Shown in pieces: positions 21,942 through 32,827 of a DNA stretch of 64,000 nucleotides. Under the pieces are notes generated by a model. The model was not told the origin of the DNA and made no database searches. It was given only the letters and a program-made list of their open reading frames with translations. Position numbers and translations under genes: made by a program. The stretch covers positions 2,848,001 through 2,912,000 of the forward strand of contig OY762007.1 of NCBI GenBank assembly GCA_963665115.1. Reading direction: 5' to 3'. The stretch's first letter is position 1; each line of letters opens with the position of its first letter. The DNA is from an uncultured Rivularia sp. (GTDB taxonomy: Bacteria > Cyanobacteriota > Cyanobacteriia > Cyanobacteriales > Nostocaceae).

Positions 21942-22631
21942 TTACCTCTTCGTTACTACCAGCACTCCCATCATACCGTTTGCGATAGGATAGTGTACCG
22001 CATTTACAAAACCAACTTCGCTAGCTATTTTAATTTGCTCTTTACCTAAAGGAAAGCGCTCTAAGCTGGGATTGATATAAGCGTATTCTTCTTTCAAACC
22101 CATTTGACTGGCTGCGGGAACCACTAGATTATCTAAATACCATTGCTGGAAACCGCGCATCAAAGTATTTTCGGGACGATGAAAATCTAAGATTGCGGCT
22201 TTTGCTTGTGTCTTTAAAACTCGATGTAATTCTTTTAAGCAAAGGGGAATATCTGTAACGTTTCTCAATCCATAACCCATTGTCGCTGCATCAAATTGAT
22301 TGTCGTCGAAAGGTAATTCGAGTACATCAGCTTCTATCCAGGAAATGGGGGGAGTAGGATAATAATCTTTGCTGCGCTGTTTTGCGACTTCTAATAACTC
22401 TGAGGAAAAGTCTACAGCTTCTACTTTCCCACTTGTTCCAACTCTACGAGCCATACGGAAAGCTAAATCCCCGCTGCCGCAACATAAATCCAAACAGGTA
22501 TCTCCCGGATTTGCTGCGCTCCATTTAACCGTCATTTCCTTCCATATCCGGTGTTGTCCAAGACTCAACCAATCGTTTAACTGGTCGTAAACAGGCGCAA
22601 TGCGGTTAAAAATGGAGCGAATTTCAGACAT
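21942..22631 (-). CDS. menG: UbiE/MenG methyltransferase (phylloquinone/menaquinone synthesis)
   Basis: FNRIAPVYDQLND, LDLCCGSGD and MGYGLRNV motifs. Confidence 0.9.
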   Translation of the reverse strand: MSEIRSIFNRIAPVYDQLNDWLSLGQHRIWKEMTVKWSAANPGDTCLDLCCGSGDLAFRMARRVGTSGKVEAVDFSSELLEVAKQRSKDYYPTPPISWIEADVLELPFDDNQFDAATMGYGLRNVTDIPLCLKELHRVLKTQAKAAILDFHRPENTLMRGFQQWYLDNLVVPAASQMGLKEEYAYINPSLERFPLGKEQIKIASEVGFVNAVHYPIANGMMGVLVVTKR

Positions 22632-22725
22632 TTTCAGTTATCAATTATCAATTATCAATTATCAATTATCAATTATCAAGCATTTATTGTTCATTTTTCA
22701 TTGTTGATTGATAATTGTTCATTGA

Positions 22726-23670
22726 TTAGTCGTAATGAGCGCAATTGAGTGTCAGTGATAACAATTGTGCGGAGATGTGAATCAGCTTTAGTTCATCTTC
22801 TCGCAAAGTACAAGTTTTTTTCCACTGTAGCGATAGCACTGCGGTAACTTGATTTGCGTGAACGATGGGGACAACCAAATGCGATTTTATATCTGTATCT
22901 GAATAGTGAGCAACTTCTTTAAGTTTCTCGTCTTTAGTTACATTTACGCAAACTTTCATGTTGCTGGTTGCAATAGATTCCTCTATTAAAGGGTCTTTAT
23001 CCAACCAGTTTTTCAATATCCCGTCTTGACTAAAAGTACCGCAGCTAGAACTCAAGCTGCCGTTTTCTACTAACTGAAGAATACAGACATCAGTAGCAAA
23101 AGTTTCCCCATATATTTCAGCAATTGGTGAAAGACTTTCTTCCTTACTAGAAACAGTTTTTGTAACCTGTAGGGATGAAGTCAATAACGCCATTTGTGAA
23201 TTTGCACGACGCAATTCTTCTGTACGCTGCTTAAGTAAATCATAGGTTTCAGCGGCACGTTGGACAACTCCCTTGAGTTCTTCGGGGTCCCAAGGCTTGG
23301 TAATATATCTGTAAACTTGTCCGGCATTAATAGCGTCTACAAGGTCTTCGATATCGGTAAAACCAGTCAAAATGATTCTTACCGTATCGGGAAATTGAGG
23401 TAAAGTTTTGCTGAGAAATTCAGTTCCCTTCATTTCTGGCATTCTTTGATCGGAGATAATGACAGCAACTTCTCCTTCCTCAGCCAACACTTGTAAAGCA
23501 CTACTACCACTGTCTGCTTTCAAAACTTGAAAGTCACGGCGAAAGGTTCGATACAACAAATCCAGATTATCCGGTTCGTCGTCTACTACTAGGATTTTTT
23601 GTTTCTTACGTTTTTCTGTAGTCATTAACTTATTGCAAATATTATTTAGGTCTGGGATGAGATTATTCAT
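22726..23670 (-). CDS. Response regulator, receiver plus GAF domain
   Basis: LVVDDE, SDQRMP and TKPW, with a C-terminal GAF-like SHLVVPIV..LSLQ. Confidence 0.88.
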   Translation of the reverse strand: MNNLIPDLNNICNKLMTTEKRKKQKILVVDDEPDNLDLLYRTFRRDFQVLKADSGSSALQVLAEEGEVAVIISDQRMPEMKGTEFLSKTLPQFPDTVRIILTGFTDIEDLVDAINAGQVYRYITKPWDPEELKGVVQRAAETYDLLKQRTEELRRANSQMALLTSSLQVTKTVSSKEESLSPIAEIYGETFATDVCILQLVENGSLSSSCGTFSQDGILKNWLDKDPLIEESIATSNMKVCVNVTKDEKLKEVAHYSDTDIKSHLVVPIVHANQVTAVLSLQWKKTCTLREDELKLIHISAQLLSLTLNCAHYD

Positions 23671-24026
23671 TGATTTATTCTTTTACATCATATGTGCTTT
23701 TTTATATGGGATACAAATCGAACTTCCGAATCCATTATTTTTGATAACTGTATTTATAACTGACGTAAATGCACTATTCTCTTGTTAAAGCAGGTTAAGA
23801 TTGTCCGAGAAAACACGGTATTTAAATCCACTTTATATGTGAGATTATTCTTTAATAACTCATAATTTTCGTTAGCGGTTGAGTATTCACCCCAAGCAAA
23901 TGGTTTATTTTTTTTACTTTATTCTTCATAATCTTTAACAATTCTGTAACTATATGTTTTATCTAGGCACGCTCGTTTACTATTAGGGCATAAAATGATT
24001 TTTATTGCTCCGCGTTTTCCTCAGTT

Positions 24027-25116
24027 ATGACAGATTTACCACCCAACCCTCAAAATGCTGAAAATCAACCCAATCAGGAACTATCACAAGAATTATTGCG
24101 AAAACTAAGGCAAAAAGAAGGAAACTGGGTGGAATGGGGAGAAGCTTGTGCTTATCTGCAAAAATCTGGTTATAATCCTCAAGATATTTTTGAAGCTACA
24201 GGTTTTGAACCAATTCAGCAAAATCAAATAATTGTTGGTTCTCAAGTTTACAACTCCCTAGAAAAAGGTGGGGCTTCGGAGGAAGTGAAAGCCCATTACT
24301 CGCAACGAGGAAGCGATTTATTGTACGAGTTTCGGATGCTTACTCAAGAAGAAACGTGCGAGTGCGGCCGAACTTGCCTTTAATCATAAAGTTGATGCAG
24401 ACGAAGTTAAAGAACTAGCCAGAGCAATCAAAGATTATTCCCGCTTGCGTAGTTTACCTGAAGGGTTTTCCGCACATCCAGGAGATGCAGTTGCTTATCA
24501 AACTTGGAAACAAGCCCGACAAAAATCAGATTTACAGTTGCGATCGCGCTTTATTGCCAAGGGTTTAAAGTTTGCACATACGGATACGGCACGAAAAAAA
24601 ATCGAACAGCTATTAACTGATTTTACAGTAGTTCCTCAACGCCCCGCACCGCTACTACCCTTTTACCGTCTGGAATCTGATGCAGAAATGTCTCGCGTAG
24701 TTCCCGTGGTAGGTGAGTTACCGCTGACACCAGATGATTTAAAAGCGGTTCCCATGGTGGAAGAAGACGGCCCATTTAACATGGTGAAATTTCAAGGTGT
24801 TGGTGCATGGGTACCATTACCAGGTTGGCAAGTAGTGTCAAATGCCGAAGATCCCGTAGTAATATTGTGTCAAAATCATAAATTTCCCAATCAAGAGCAA
24901 AACGTTCCGCAGCAAGTAATGGTAGCCGTAGATCGCGCTCAAAGAAAATGGGATGATGGCGGTTATTTCGTGGTAAATAATTCAGGAGAATTAGATTTTC
25001 AGTGGTTTGAAACCGAACCAGAAGTAGAAATATTAGGAAGATTAATTGTCATCGTCAAACCCAAGAGAATTTTGGATGAAGAGTTTACCAAAGATTCTTG
25101 GCAGATTGATGAGTAA
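24027..25116 (+). CDS. raf1: Rubisco accumulation factor 1; apparent +1 frameshift at 24352-24354
   Basis: LRQKEGNWVEWG, FEATGFEPIQQNQ and C-terminal WQIDE. Deleting one A restores TQEERASAAELAF and joins the two ORFs. Confidence 0.92.
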
Positions 25117-25277
25117 ATTGGGTAATTGGTAATTGGGGATTGGGCATTGGAGTATTTAGTTTAAGCAGTGCGAGCATCTTACTCGCTCGATACTAGCGAG
25201 CAAGATGCTCGCACTACTAATCTCCTTGTCTCCCCCTCTCCCCCCTCTCCCCATCCCCTTGTCTCCCCATCTCCCCA

Positions 25278-26312
25278 TCACCCCCTCCCATACTCTCTGG
25301 GAAGTGCAATCAAAAACTCCGTACCAATTCCGGGAGTAGAATGGCATTCTAATTTACCTTTGTGTTTATCAACAATAATTTTATAGCTTGTTGATAATCC
25401 TAAACCCGTACCTTTTCCAACAGCTTTAGTAGTAAAAAAGGGATTAAATATTTTTGTTCTAACTTCTTTTGTTATTCCCATCCCATTGTCAGTAATTCTT
25501 ATTAACGCAAAGCTTTCTTGAGTTTCGGTGCTAATTTTAATTTGCGGATTGGATGATTTTTCTAAAGCATCAATAGCATTAATCATAATATTCATAAATA
25601 CTTGATTTAATTGTCCCGCATAGCATTCCACGCGAGACGATTTACCATATTCTTTGATTATTTTAATTTCTGGACGGTTCGATTCTGCTTTAAGTTTGTT
25701 TTGTAAAATCATCAAAGTGCTATCAATACCATCATGGATATCAACATCTTTAATTTCAGCTTCATCCAAACGGGAAAAGTTGCGTAGAGAAAGAATAATT
25801 TTTTTGATGCGTTCGGCACCAACTGTCATAGAATCCAATAGCTTGGGAAAATCTTCTTTAATAAAATCAAGTTCGATTGCTTCTATTTTTGCTTGCAGTT
25901 CGGGAATGGGGTTTAAAGAAGATTTTTGATAGCATTCTAATAAGTTAAATAAATCTTCCGCGTATTTAGATACGTGAGTGAGATTGCTATAAATAAACCC
26001 TATGGGATTGTTGATTTCGTGAGCAACGCCAGCAACCATTACTCCTAAAGCAGACATTTTTTCCGATTCTATCAGTTGCGCTTGCATTGCTTTAAGGTTT
26101 TGCAAGGCTTTTTCTAATTCATGACTCCGTTGCTCTACAATTTTATTTGATTGTGCTAATTCGGTAATTACTTTTTTAAGTAAATATTCTTTTTTATCAT
26201 TGCTTTCTTCTAATAAAGTTTGATTTATTTGGGAACGTTCCAATTTCTTTTGCAAAATCCGATTAGTTTTTTCAAATTCCTTGATTTTTTGTTCATACTC
26301 ATATGCCTCCAT
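25278..26312 (-). CDS. Cytoplasmic sensor histidine kinase
   Basis: Coiled coil, H box VAHEINNP, N box NQVFMN, DNGMG and GTGLGL. Confidence 0.93.
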   Translation of the reverse strand: MEAYEYEQKIKEFEKTNRILQKKLERSQINQTLLEESNDKKEYLLKKVITELAQSNKIVEQRSHELEKALQNLKAMQAQLIESEKMSALGVMVAGVAHEINNPIGFIYSNLTHVSKYAEDLFNLLECYQKSSLNPIPELQAKIEAIELDFIKEDFPKLLDSMTVGAERIKKIILSLRNFSRLDEAEIKDVDIHDGIDSTLMILQNKLKAESNRPEIKIIKEYGKSSRVECYAGQLNQVFMNIMINAIDALEKSSNPQIKISTETQESFALIRITDNGMGITKEVRTKIFNPFFTTKAVGKGTGLGLSTSYKIIVDKHKGKLECHSTPGIGTEFLIALPREYGRG

Positions 26313-26318
26313 AATTAA

Positions 26319-27473
26319 TTACTCCACCCCTAAAAGTAAAGTGACAAAAGTATCGTGATGCAATCTACTTGGAGTACCACTTTGTAAAGGTGAAATTTCA
26401 CCATTCGTATAAAAACCACAACTGGGTACAGCTTGACTTAGAGAGGTTTTAGCTAGTTGATACTCTTCCTTAGTTCGCATACCTAAGAGTTGATGACGAG
26501 CAAGACAAGAGAAAAATAAAGCAGCTTGCGGTTGATTTCCGGGATAGGTTTTCAAAGCTTTTGTAATTGAAGTTTTAGCCGCAGATAAAATATCTTCACG
26601 ACTTGCTTGGGCTATTTGTACTACTGCCTGTTCGGGTACTTGTGCTAAATAATAAATGCTTTTACTTTGCCGATCGCAATTATAAGGCGCTCTTGTATAG
26701 AAATCGTTGGCTTGCGGATCTAAAATTGCTAAAGGATACTCAGGTGAAGGTGTAAGCCCACCGATGTAATCATCGTAAAAGTCTAAAGCTGGTTGATTGT
26801 CTATTTCGTAAACAATATTTTTATCGGCTTTACTAATTACAGCTTTTCTACCGATAGGGTGCCAACCATTTGCTACACCATAAGAAAACAATATTTTTCC
26901 TGAAAATATTAGAATTGGTACTGAATCATTCAAAATTTCAGTATTAAAAAACTGATAGCTTTGATGGAATTTCCTATTGTCTATAGATAATCCACCTAAA
27001 ATAGGAAAATTTTCACCTAACGCTTGCTTCAAGCTATCTACAATTGAAACTGCATCAACTGTAAGACTTTCGGGAGTTGTCAGGCAAAATTGATGAGATT
27101 TGTGATTACTTTTTGCTTGCGCTTGTTCGACTGCTTGTTTTGTCGCTGCAACTATATCTTTAGAAAGTCCTTTTCCAATACCAGCACGGATTTCAACTTC
27201 ATCGGAACAAAACAGCATCAAAGTCACGGAATCTTCCTCAAACTCTAATACCGAAGACATTTCCGCATCTGAGGTACAGCCAATTAATTCAATTCCGGGG
27301 AAAGCTCGGTTAATTTCTTGCAAAATAACGGAATGCTCGAAATCAATTGCAGCGAAAAGAATTCCAGCTGCTGGAATCTCTCCCGCTAAAGTGATTTGAC
27401 ACTGTTCTAATACTTCTGCAATAGCAGAATCGGAATCTGGATCGTTACTGTGCCCAACAGCTACCCTAAACAT
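26319..27473 (-). CDS. FIST N/C domain sensor protein
   Basis: LIGCTSDAE, VYEIDNQPA, FSCLAR and GFYTNGEI; 6 bp from the kinase. Confidence 0.9.
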   Translation of the reverse strand: MFRVAVGHSNDPDSDSAIAEVLEQCQITLAGEIPAAGILFAAIDFEHSVILQEINRAFPGIELIGCTSDAEMSSVLEFEEDSVTLMLFCSDEVEIRAGIGKGLSKDIVAATKQAVEQAQAKSNHKSHQFCLTTPESLTVDAVSIVDSLKQALGENFPILGGLSIDNRKFHQSYQFFNTEILNDSVPILIFSGKILFSYGVANGWHPIGRKAVISKADKNIVYEIDNQPALDFYDDYIGGLTPSPEYPLAILDPQANDFYTRAPYNCDRQSKSIYYLAQVPEQAVVQIAQASREDILSAAKTSITKALKTYPGNQPQAALFFSCLARHQLLGMRTKEEYQLAKTSLSQAVPSCGFYTNGEISPLQSGTPSRLHHDTFVTLLLGVE

Positions 27474-27663
27474 ATACGCACCTCTGTATTTCTTGGGATA
27501 AGGTTATTATTCCCGGATTTCAAAGCAGAGTTAAAGGTAGGTTGGTATTTAATACAGTTAGGAGTTAGGAGTGAGCAGTGAACAATTAAGACTGTAGTGG
27601 GAGCGTCTCGCTCGCTAAAAAATCTTTTCTACCCTTTCTTCCTCCTCTCCCCCTCTCGTCAAA

Positions 27664-30294
27664 TTACTGTTGCGGCACTCTAACAAATTTACAAGTATTT
27701 TGACTGTCGCATTTTACTTGAACTAATACGCCGATTTCAGCATCGTTTTGAGGAGTGATTTTGCGATCGCCGTTTTCATCAAATTCTACTTTTCCTGCTG
27801 CACCTTCTGCAAAGAAATCGGGTGCGGATAAAACCTGTTGCAGCCCTTCGCGAGTTGGATTGTTATCCATACGTCGCAAACCTTCAGCAATTACCATCGT
27901 TGCATCATATGACATTGCAGTGCGCCAGTTGACTTGAGCATTCCAAAGTTCTTGAGCATCGCTTTCAAATGGGCTTTGATTGGCTTGATTTTCCTTTTGA
28001 AACCAAGGAATTGGAATCATCAGATTTTTTGCTTTCTCACCTTTACTTTCTACTGCTTGGCTATACAGAGAATCTCCACCTAAAAGTGTTAGTTCGGAGT
28101 CTTTATTGCTATCCAAAATTTCCAAAGCCTGATTAAAACTTCGACTAGTTTCAGGAACAAGCACTAACAAACTTACTGTTTCCTTAGCTTTTTTTACGCA
28201 ATTTGCAAAATTGGCATTTTTAAAAAGGTCGCATTCTGGAAGGTCAATAAATTCACCATTTTGTAATCGCAGTTGATTTTTTAATTCTTCACGAAATTGT
28301 TCCCCATAATCACGATTAGAAGCATATATAATAGCTGCTTTTCTTTTACCAAGTGTATTTACAATATGACTTACAGAATCTTTTAAGGCAATTTCATCAT
28401 TGCTAGCTGTACGAAAAACATATTTATTCAAATTCATTCCATATTCTTTATTTGGTGATTTTCTTACAGCAGTACTGGTAGGAGAAACCACAACCATTTG
28501 TTTTTGTTCATAAACTTTTCCAGCTGCGAGAGTTGCGCTGCTCGAATAATGACCGACTACTGCCAGAATATCTTTATTCTCAACTAATGTTTTCGCTACT
28601 TCTGAAGATGTCGGAGTCTCATCTTCGTCATCGGCAATAACTATTTGCAACAGTCTATTTCTAATTCCACAATTTAAATTAGTTTTATTTTGAGCTTGAG
28701 CAACCCCTCGTAATATTTCTTCATTAATTTTGTTTGGTGTATTACGAAAGCTAGGAGCAATAACGGCAATTCTCAAAGGTTTTGAATCGGTAATATCGCA
28801 AGATTTTGGATGAGCTTCAGCTTGGTTTGGAAGCTTATTTCTTTGTGACGGTACCATCGCTACAGCATTATTAAGATAAATCAATACTTCTGGGTCGTTC
28901 GGATTTTTTTGAAGAGATTGTTCAAAATATATAATAGATAGTTCGTATTTCTTTTGTTTAAAAGCTTTTATACCTTCTTGCTTCGATTCATTATAGCTAT
29001 CGTTAATTAATAATCTTTTTTCTCCCCAGCTAAAATCTTTTCCTAAGTCTTGTAGAGTATCTTCTAAATTTATTGGAGAGGTTGGACTTGCTTGAGTTGT
29101 AGGTAATACTGTCTGCGGTTGAGGGAAAAAATTACCTTGTGCAATACTTTCGCGGATTTTATTACCAGCAAAAATAAGCGCGATCGCAATTCCACCCAAA
29201 ACCAATTTTTTCGCAACTGTCATCGAAGAATTAGCCCAAACTAAAGGACGTGCGGCGGGGTTTTGACAAATTACGGGTAGCCAAGAAGCACAGGGAAAAT
29301 TATCTTCCATCCATTCGAGACGCTGACGTGCATTTCGCACTGCTGAATACAAAGAATTTCCTGTAGAAAAATCTTCTAAAAAGTATTTCAAAAACTGTCG
29401 TGCAACTTCATCGGGTACGGGTTCGCGCATCACAATCATTTGCGGAACTCCTATACCCCGCAATTCATCTGCTAAGCCCAAACCGTCGCAAGAATTAAAA
29501 ATTGCTAATTTTAAACCTTTTCTAACCGCTGTTCTTAAAGCGTTTTTTAACCGACTTAGTGAAATACTCTCACTGTCATTTATTTGAATTTGTCCGGTTG
29601 TACATTCTTCTCCAGAAGAACTATGTCCCGCAAAAAACAGAATATCCCAATCTTGATTCCACAAACTCTCATTTAATTCTTGTTTTTGAGGTTGTTCTAA
29701 CCAAGTAACTTTAGCTCCCCGATTGCGTAAATTGGTTATTAATTCTCTATCTAAGGTTAAATCTAATCCTTGACTACCACCAAATATAGCTAAAATTTTT
29801 ACCGGACGTTTTAAAGATTCTGTGGGGGGTGCATACTCGGCGCTTAAAGCAAATTCAGCATTGGGACGGTTGTGAAATAAATGCCATAAATGCCAAGGTA
29901 GCTTTTTTAAATAAATATTATTAGTATCAATAATTACTCTAACCGATTCATTTGGCAGGGTTCTTCCTTCTATTCGTACTTGTAACTTTTCCCAAGCAAG
30001 CTGAGAAAACCACTCACGTAAATATTTCTCAAATCTTCTCCTAGCTTCGTTTTCATTTTCGATTATAGAAACACGAGTAACTTGGGCCGAAGGAACATCA
30101 ATTTGTCTGAGATTTTCACCCAAATCACGGTATTTTTCTTGCCAGTCTTGATAAAAGCGAGGTATATCGGGTGCGGGGGGAAGCGTTACCTTTTCTTTAT
30201 GAAATGTTGGCCCATCTTCACCAATTCCGAGGCTTACAGGAAAACCTTGCTCGAAACTGCCTTCATCAATATTTAATACAGCAAATTTGCTCAT
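27664..30294 (-). CDS. CHAT (caspase-like) domain - TM helix - TPR - type I periplasmic ligand-binding domain fusion
   Basis: LPWHLW, FAGHSS, IFNSCDG and VMREPVPD; TM VLGGIAIALIFAG; NPNDPEVLIYLNN; LivJ-like AVVGHYSS...YDA...FDENGDR. Confidence 0.88.
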   Translation of the reverse strand: MSKFAVLNIDEGSFEQGFPVSLGIGEDGPTFHKEKVTLPPAPDIPRFYQDWQEKYRDLGENLRQIDVPSAQVTRVSIIENENEARRRFEKYLREWFSQLAWEKLQVRIEGRTLPNESVRVIIDTNNIYLKKLPWHLWHLFHNRPNAEFALSAEYAPPTESLKRPVKILAIFGGSQGLDLTLDRELITNLRNRGAKVTWLEQPQKQELNESLWNQDWDILFFAGHSSSGEECTTGQIQINDSESISLSRLKNALRTAVRKGLKLAIFNSCDGLGLADELRGIGVPQMIVMREPVPDEVARQFLKYFLEDFSTGNSLYSAVRNARQRLEWMEDNFPCASWLPVICQNPAARPLVWANSSMTVAKKLVLGGIAIALIFAGNKIRESIAQGNFFPQPQTVLPTTQASPTSPINLEDTLQDLGKDFSWGEKRLLINDSYNESKQEGIKAFKQKKYELSIIYFEQSLQKNPNDPEVLIYLNNAVAMVPSQRNKLPNQAEAHPKSCDITDSKPLRIAVIAPSFRNTPNKINEEILRGVAQAQNKTNLNCGIRNRLLQIVIADDEDETPTSSEVAKTLVENKDILAVVGHYSSSATLAAGKVYEQKQMVVVSPTSTAVRKSPNKEYGMNLNKYVFRTASNDEIALKDSVSHIVNTLGKRKAAIIYASNRDYGEQFREELKNQLRLQNGEFIDLPECDLFKNANFANCVKKAKETVSLLVLVPETSRSFNQALEILDSNKDSELTLLGGDSLYSQAVESKGEKAKNLMIPIPWFQKENQANQSPFESDAQELWNAQVNWRTAMSYDATMVIAEGLRRMDNNPTREGLQQVLSAPDFFAEGAAGKVEFDENGDRKITPQNDAEIGVLVQVKCDSQNTCKFVRVPQQ

Positions 30295-30542
30295 GATGGC
30301 TAAGGAGTAATGGTTTATTAAAACTTTAGTCTAATTTACAACAGCAATTATACTGAATGATAGATAATAAATCCTAATGTTCCAATTTCCGATCCAAAAT
30401 ACAAAAAACTGCATTCTTCCTTGACAAATGTAGAGACGCGATATATCACGTCTCTACATATAGAAAATATAAATTAAATTATTGTCAAAAATGACATTTA
30501 TTTTTAGAGAGAAAAATCGCTAATTACAACATATGTAAATAA

Positions 30543-31637
30543 CTAGATGACAAAACTCTCAGTAATACTGGCATCATCTAAAGCCACTCGAATATTAAAT
30601 TTATCTCCTAATTCAGCCGTGAATTTAAATTGAATATAATTATCTTTACTTCTAGATTGAACTGTAAAAAACGAGTTTCCGGCTGCATCTAAACCGCTAA
30701 GCTGCAATCCTTGAGGTAGATAATTCGTACCATTTCCCGGACATACTCTAGTTAAAATTGCCATGCTGCCATCGAGTTTGGGTAAAATTGCCACCATTAA
30801 AGCAATAAGTTTTTCACCGAAATGCATTCCTAGATCGATAGCTTTTCTTATGCCACCATTCAGGTTTTCTGGATTAATTTCCCAGAGTAATTCAGCAGCC
30901 TTCCAGCGAATTTCTTCGTTAGGAGTATTTTGTAATAAATGAATTAAAGCTTTTTCGGAATCTGAATCAACTTGATTTATCTCATGTTGAGTATCATACA
31001 ATTGCCCTACAGCATCTTTTATTTTATGAGAATTTTCATCATCAGAAGAAATATCTGCAAACACAAAAAGAGGATTAATTGTTCGTTTACCAATTATTGA
31101 CTCGATACTTTGCCAACCTGCATCAAATATATTTTCTAACCAATTACTCAATTGCACTACAGTTTCATTGGAATGTAATGCTACAAATAAGTCATCCAAA
31201 GATTGTAGTTGTTTAATTTCAAGCGTAGTACTGCTGACTTGCGGTAAAAATCCTAATAGCGTTCCTTGCTTATAAGATTCATCAAACTGTACCACAACAT
31301 AACCGATACGATTATGCCAAACATCTTCGGGAAAGTAACAATTATCGTCACCTTTTAATATAGAACGACATTCTAAATGTCCTTTTCCGGGTAAGTTTAA
31401 ATCAGCAATATTGGTACTTACTCTCGCAACAGCATTCCAACTATGACTCTGTTGTAATGAAGTTGGTACATCCAACATTTCTAAATAGTTGTTAGTTACC
31501 AATACTGCTAAAGTATTATGGTAAATTTGCTTCGCTTTTTCCGAATTAGCTTGTTGTTGAGCAAACAGATAGGCTTTGTTTCGATTTGATTCAGTAATAG
31601 GAACGGAAATAGTTAGCTGCTGTGTTGAGATACTCAT
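30543..31637 (-). CDS. DUF1822 family protein
   Basis: IYHNTLAV, RIGYVVVQ, LSNWLENIFDAGWQ and LPQGLQL...SRSKDNYIQ. Confidence 0.85.
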   Translation of the reverse strand: MSISTQQLTISVPITESNRNKAYLFAQQQANSEKAKQIYHNTLAVLVTNNYLEMLDVPTSLQQSHSWNAVARVSTNIADLNLPGKGHLECRSILKGDDNCYFPEDVWHNRIGYVVVQFDESYKQGTLLGFLPQVSSTTLEIKQLQSLDDLFVALHSNETVVQLSNWLENIFDAGWQSIESIIGKRTINPLFVFADISSDDENSHKIKDAVGQLYDTQHEINQVDSDSEKALIHLLQNTPNEEIRWKAAELLWEINPENLNGGIRKAIDLGMHFGEKLIALMVAILPKLDGSMAILTRVCPGNGTNYLPQGLQLSGLDAAGNSFFTVQSRSKDNYIQFKFTAELGDKFNIRVALDDASITESFVI

Positions 31638-31664
31638 TAGTAAATACCGTATTTTGAATTTTAG

Positions 31665-32312
31665 CTATGTGTCTATATATCCTTGCGCTCTGCCGAAAGC
31701 TAACAGACAAGGAAGACATTTGTGATTGTAGAAATGATTGAGAGTGCTTTCTCTTTTTCCAAACTTTTCGGCTAATTCCCGCCAAGTTTTTGCATCTGGA
31801 GGTAATCTGTGTTTAAACAATTCCTGACAGTTAATATTAGGAAATGAACGAACATGAAGACTACGTAATTCACTACCTTGTGTTTCAATCCATTCTAGAG
31901 TTTCTTCTAAAATCGGTTGCGGTTTGTCAGGTGCAGGTAAGTTATCTACCGGATCGATAAAATTTAATTCTTCATGTTCTGATTTAGTTGCTCTCCTTTT
32001 CTTTTCTTCAGCTATTTCTTGACGAACATCCAAAATTCTAAATTTAAGATGCGAGTTAAACCAAGTAATTACACTAGCTTGAGATGCATTATAATTTTCG
32101 ATATTTTTACAAAACCAAAACCAAGTTTTCTGCAATGCATCTTCGTAATATTGAGGGATAACTTCGCCACCCAGCCAAATTTTTCCCGACTGCTGCATCC
32201 GAGAAATCAATTGATTTAATAACTGCTGTCGCTCCAGGCTACCGCGAGGATGCTCAGAAACTTCTGTTGCCAATTGATTAAGCTGCTCATTTAAACCTTC
32301 AGAATGTGCCAT
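31665..32312 (-). CDS. Small sigma-70-like factor (cyanobacterial type)
   Basis: YEDALQKTWFWFCKNIENY...ITWFNSHLKFRILD (region 2-like) and a C-terminal HTH TWRELAEKFG. Confidence 0.7.
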   Translation of the reverse strand: MAHSEGLNEQLNQLATEVSEHPRGSLERQQLLNQLISRMQQSGKIWLGGEVIPQYYEDALQKTWFWFCKNIENYNASQASVITWFNSHLKFRILDVRQEIAEEKKRRATKSEHEELNFIDPVDNLPAPDKPQPILEETLEWIETQGSELRSLHVRSFPNINCQELFKHRLPPDAKTWRELAEKFGKRESTLNHFYNHKCLPCLLAFGRAQGYIDT

Positions 32313-32827
32313 ATGCGTAATGCTAATATGTAACTGAAAAACGACTGATAGATCGGGCGTTGCTCTCGCACGGCTGCTCCTGCAATGGTTTTGAATTTTC
32401 CGCTTCTTAAGGCTGTCAGACGTAATTCAAAAATCTGCCTATATCTTTACAAAACTTTACATTTTTTCGAGCAAATTGCAATTCAGTTTTGTGCAATATA
32501 ATACTTAACAAAGATTCGGGAACAAATTTCTAGTATTTCACTACACAAATGTTTATAGAAACTCATATTTTGCACCATTCTTAACAACCGCTTTAGAATA
32601 AATTCTTAGGCTAATACACAAAGTGGCTCTTTTGAAGACTGAGCAAGATGTAATTAGTAAGTGATTTATTGCCTCCGAAGTCCCAATCATGAAGCGATAA
32701 ATCGCTTACTACGAACCTAGTACAGTACGGCGTAAATAAAGCACCCATTTAAAAAGTTTGAAAGCCTTATCATATAATACTTTTTACTTCTTACTTTTGA
32801 CTTTTTACTTCCGCGCAGCGGTACTGG

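Noticed and set aside
24340..24445. Programmed frameshift or natural split of raf1
   Set aside because: There is no slippery heptamer or stimulatory structure, and the same +1 pattern occurs in unrelated genes, so sequencing error is more likely.
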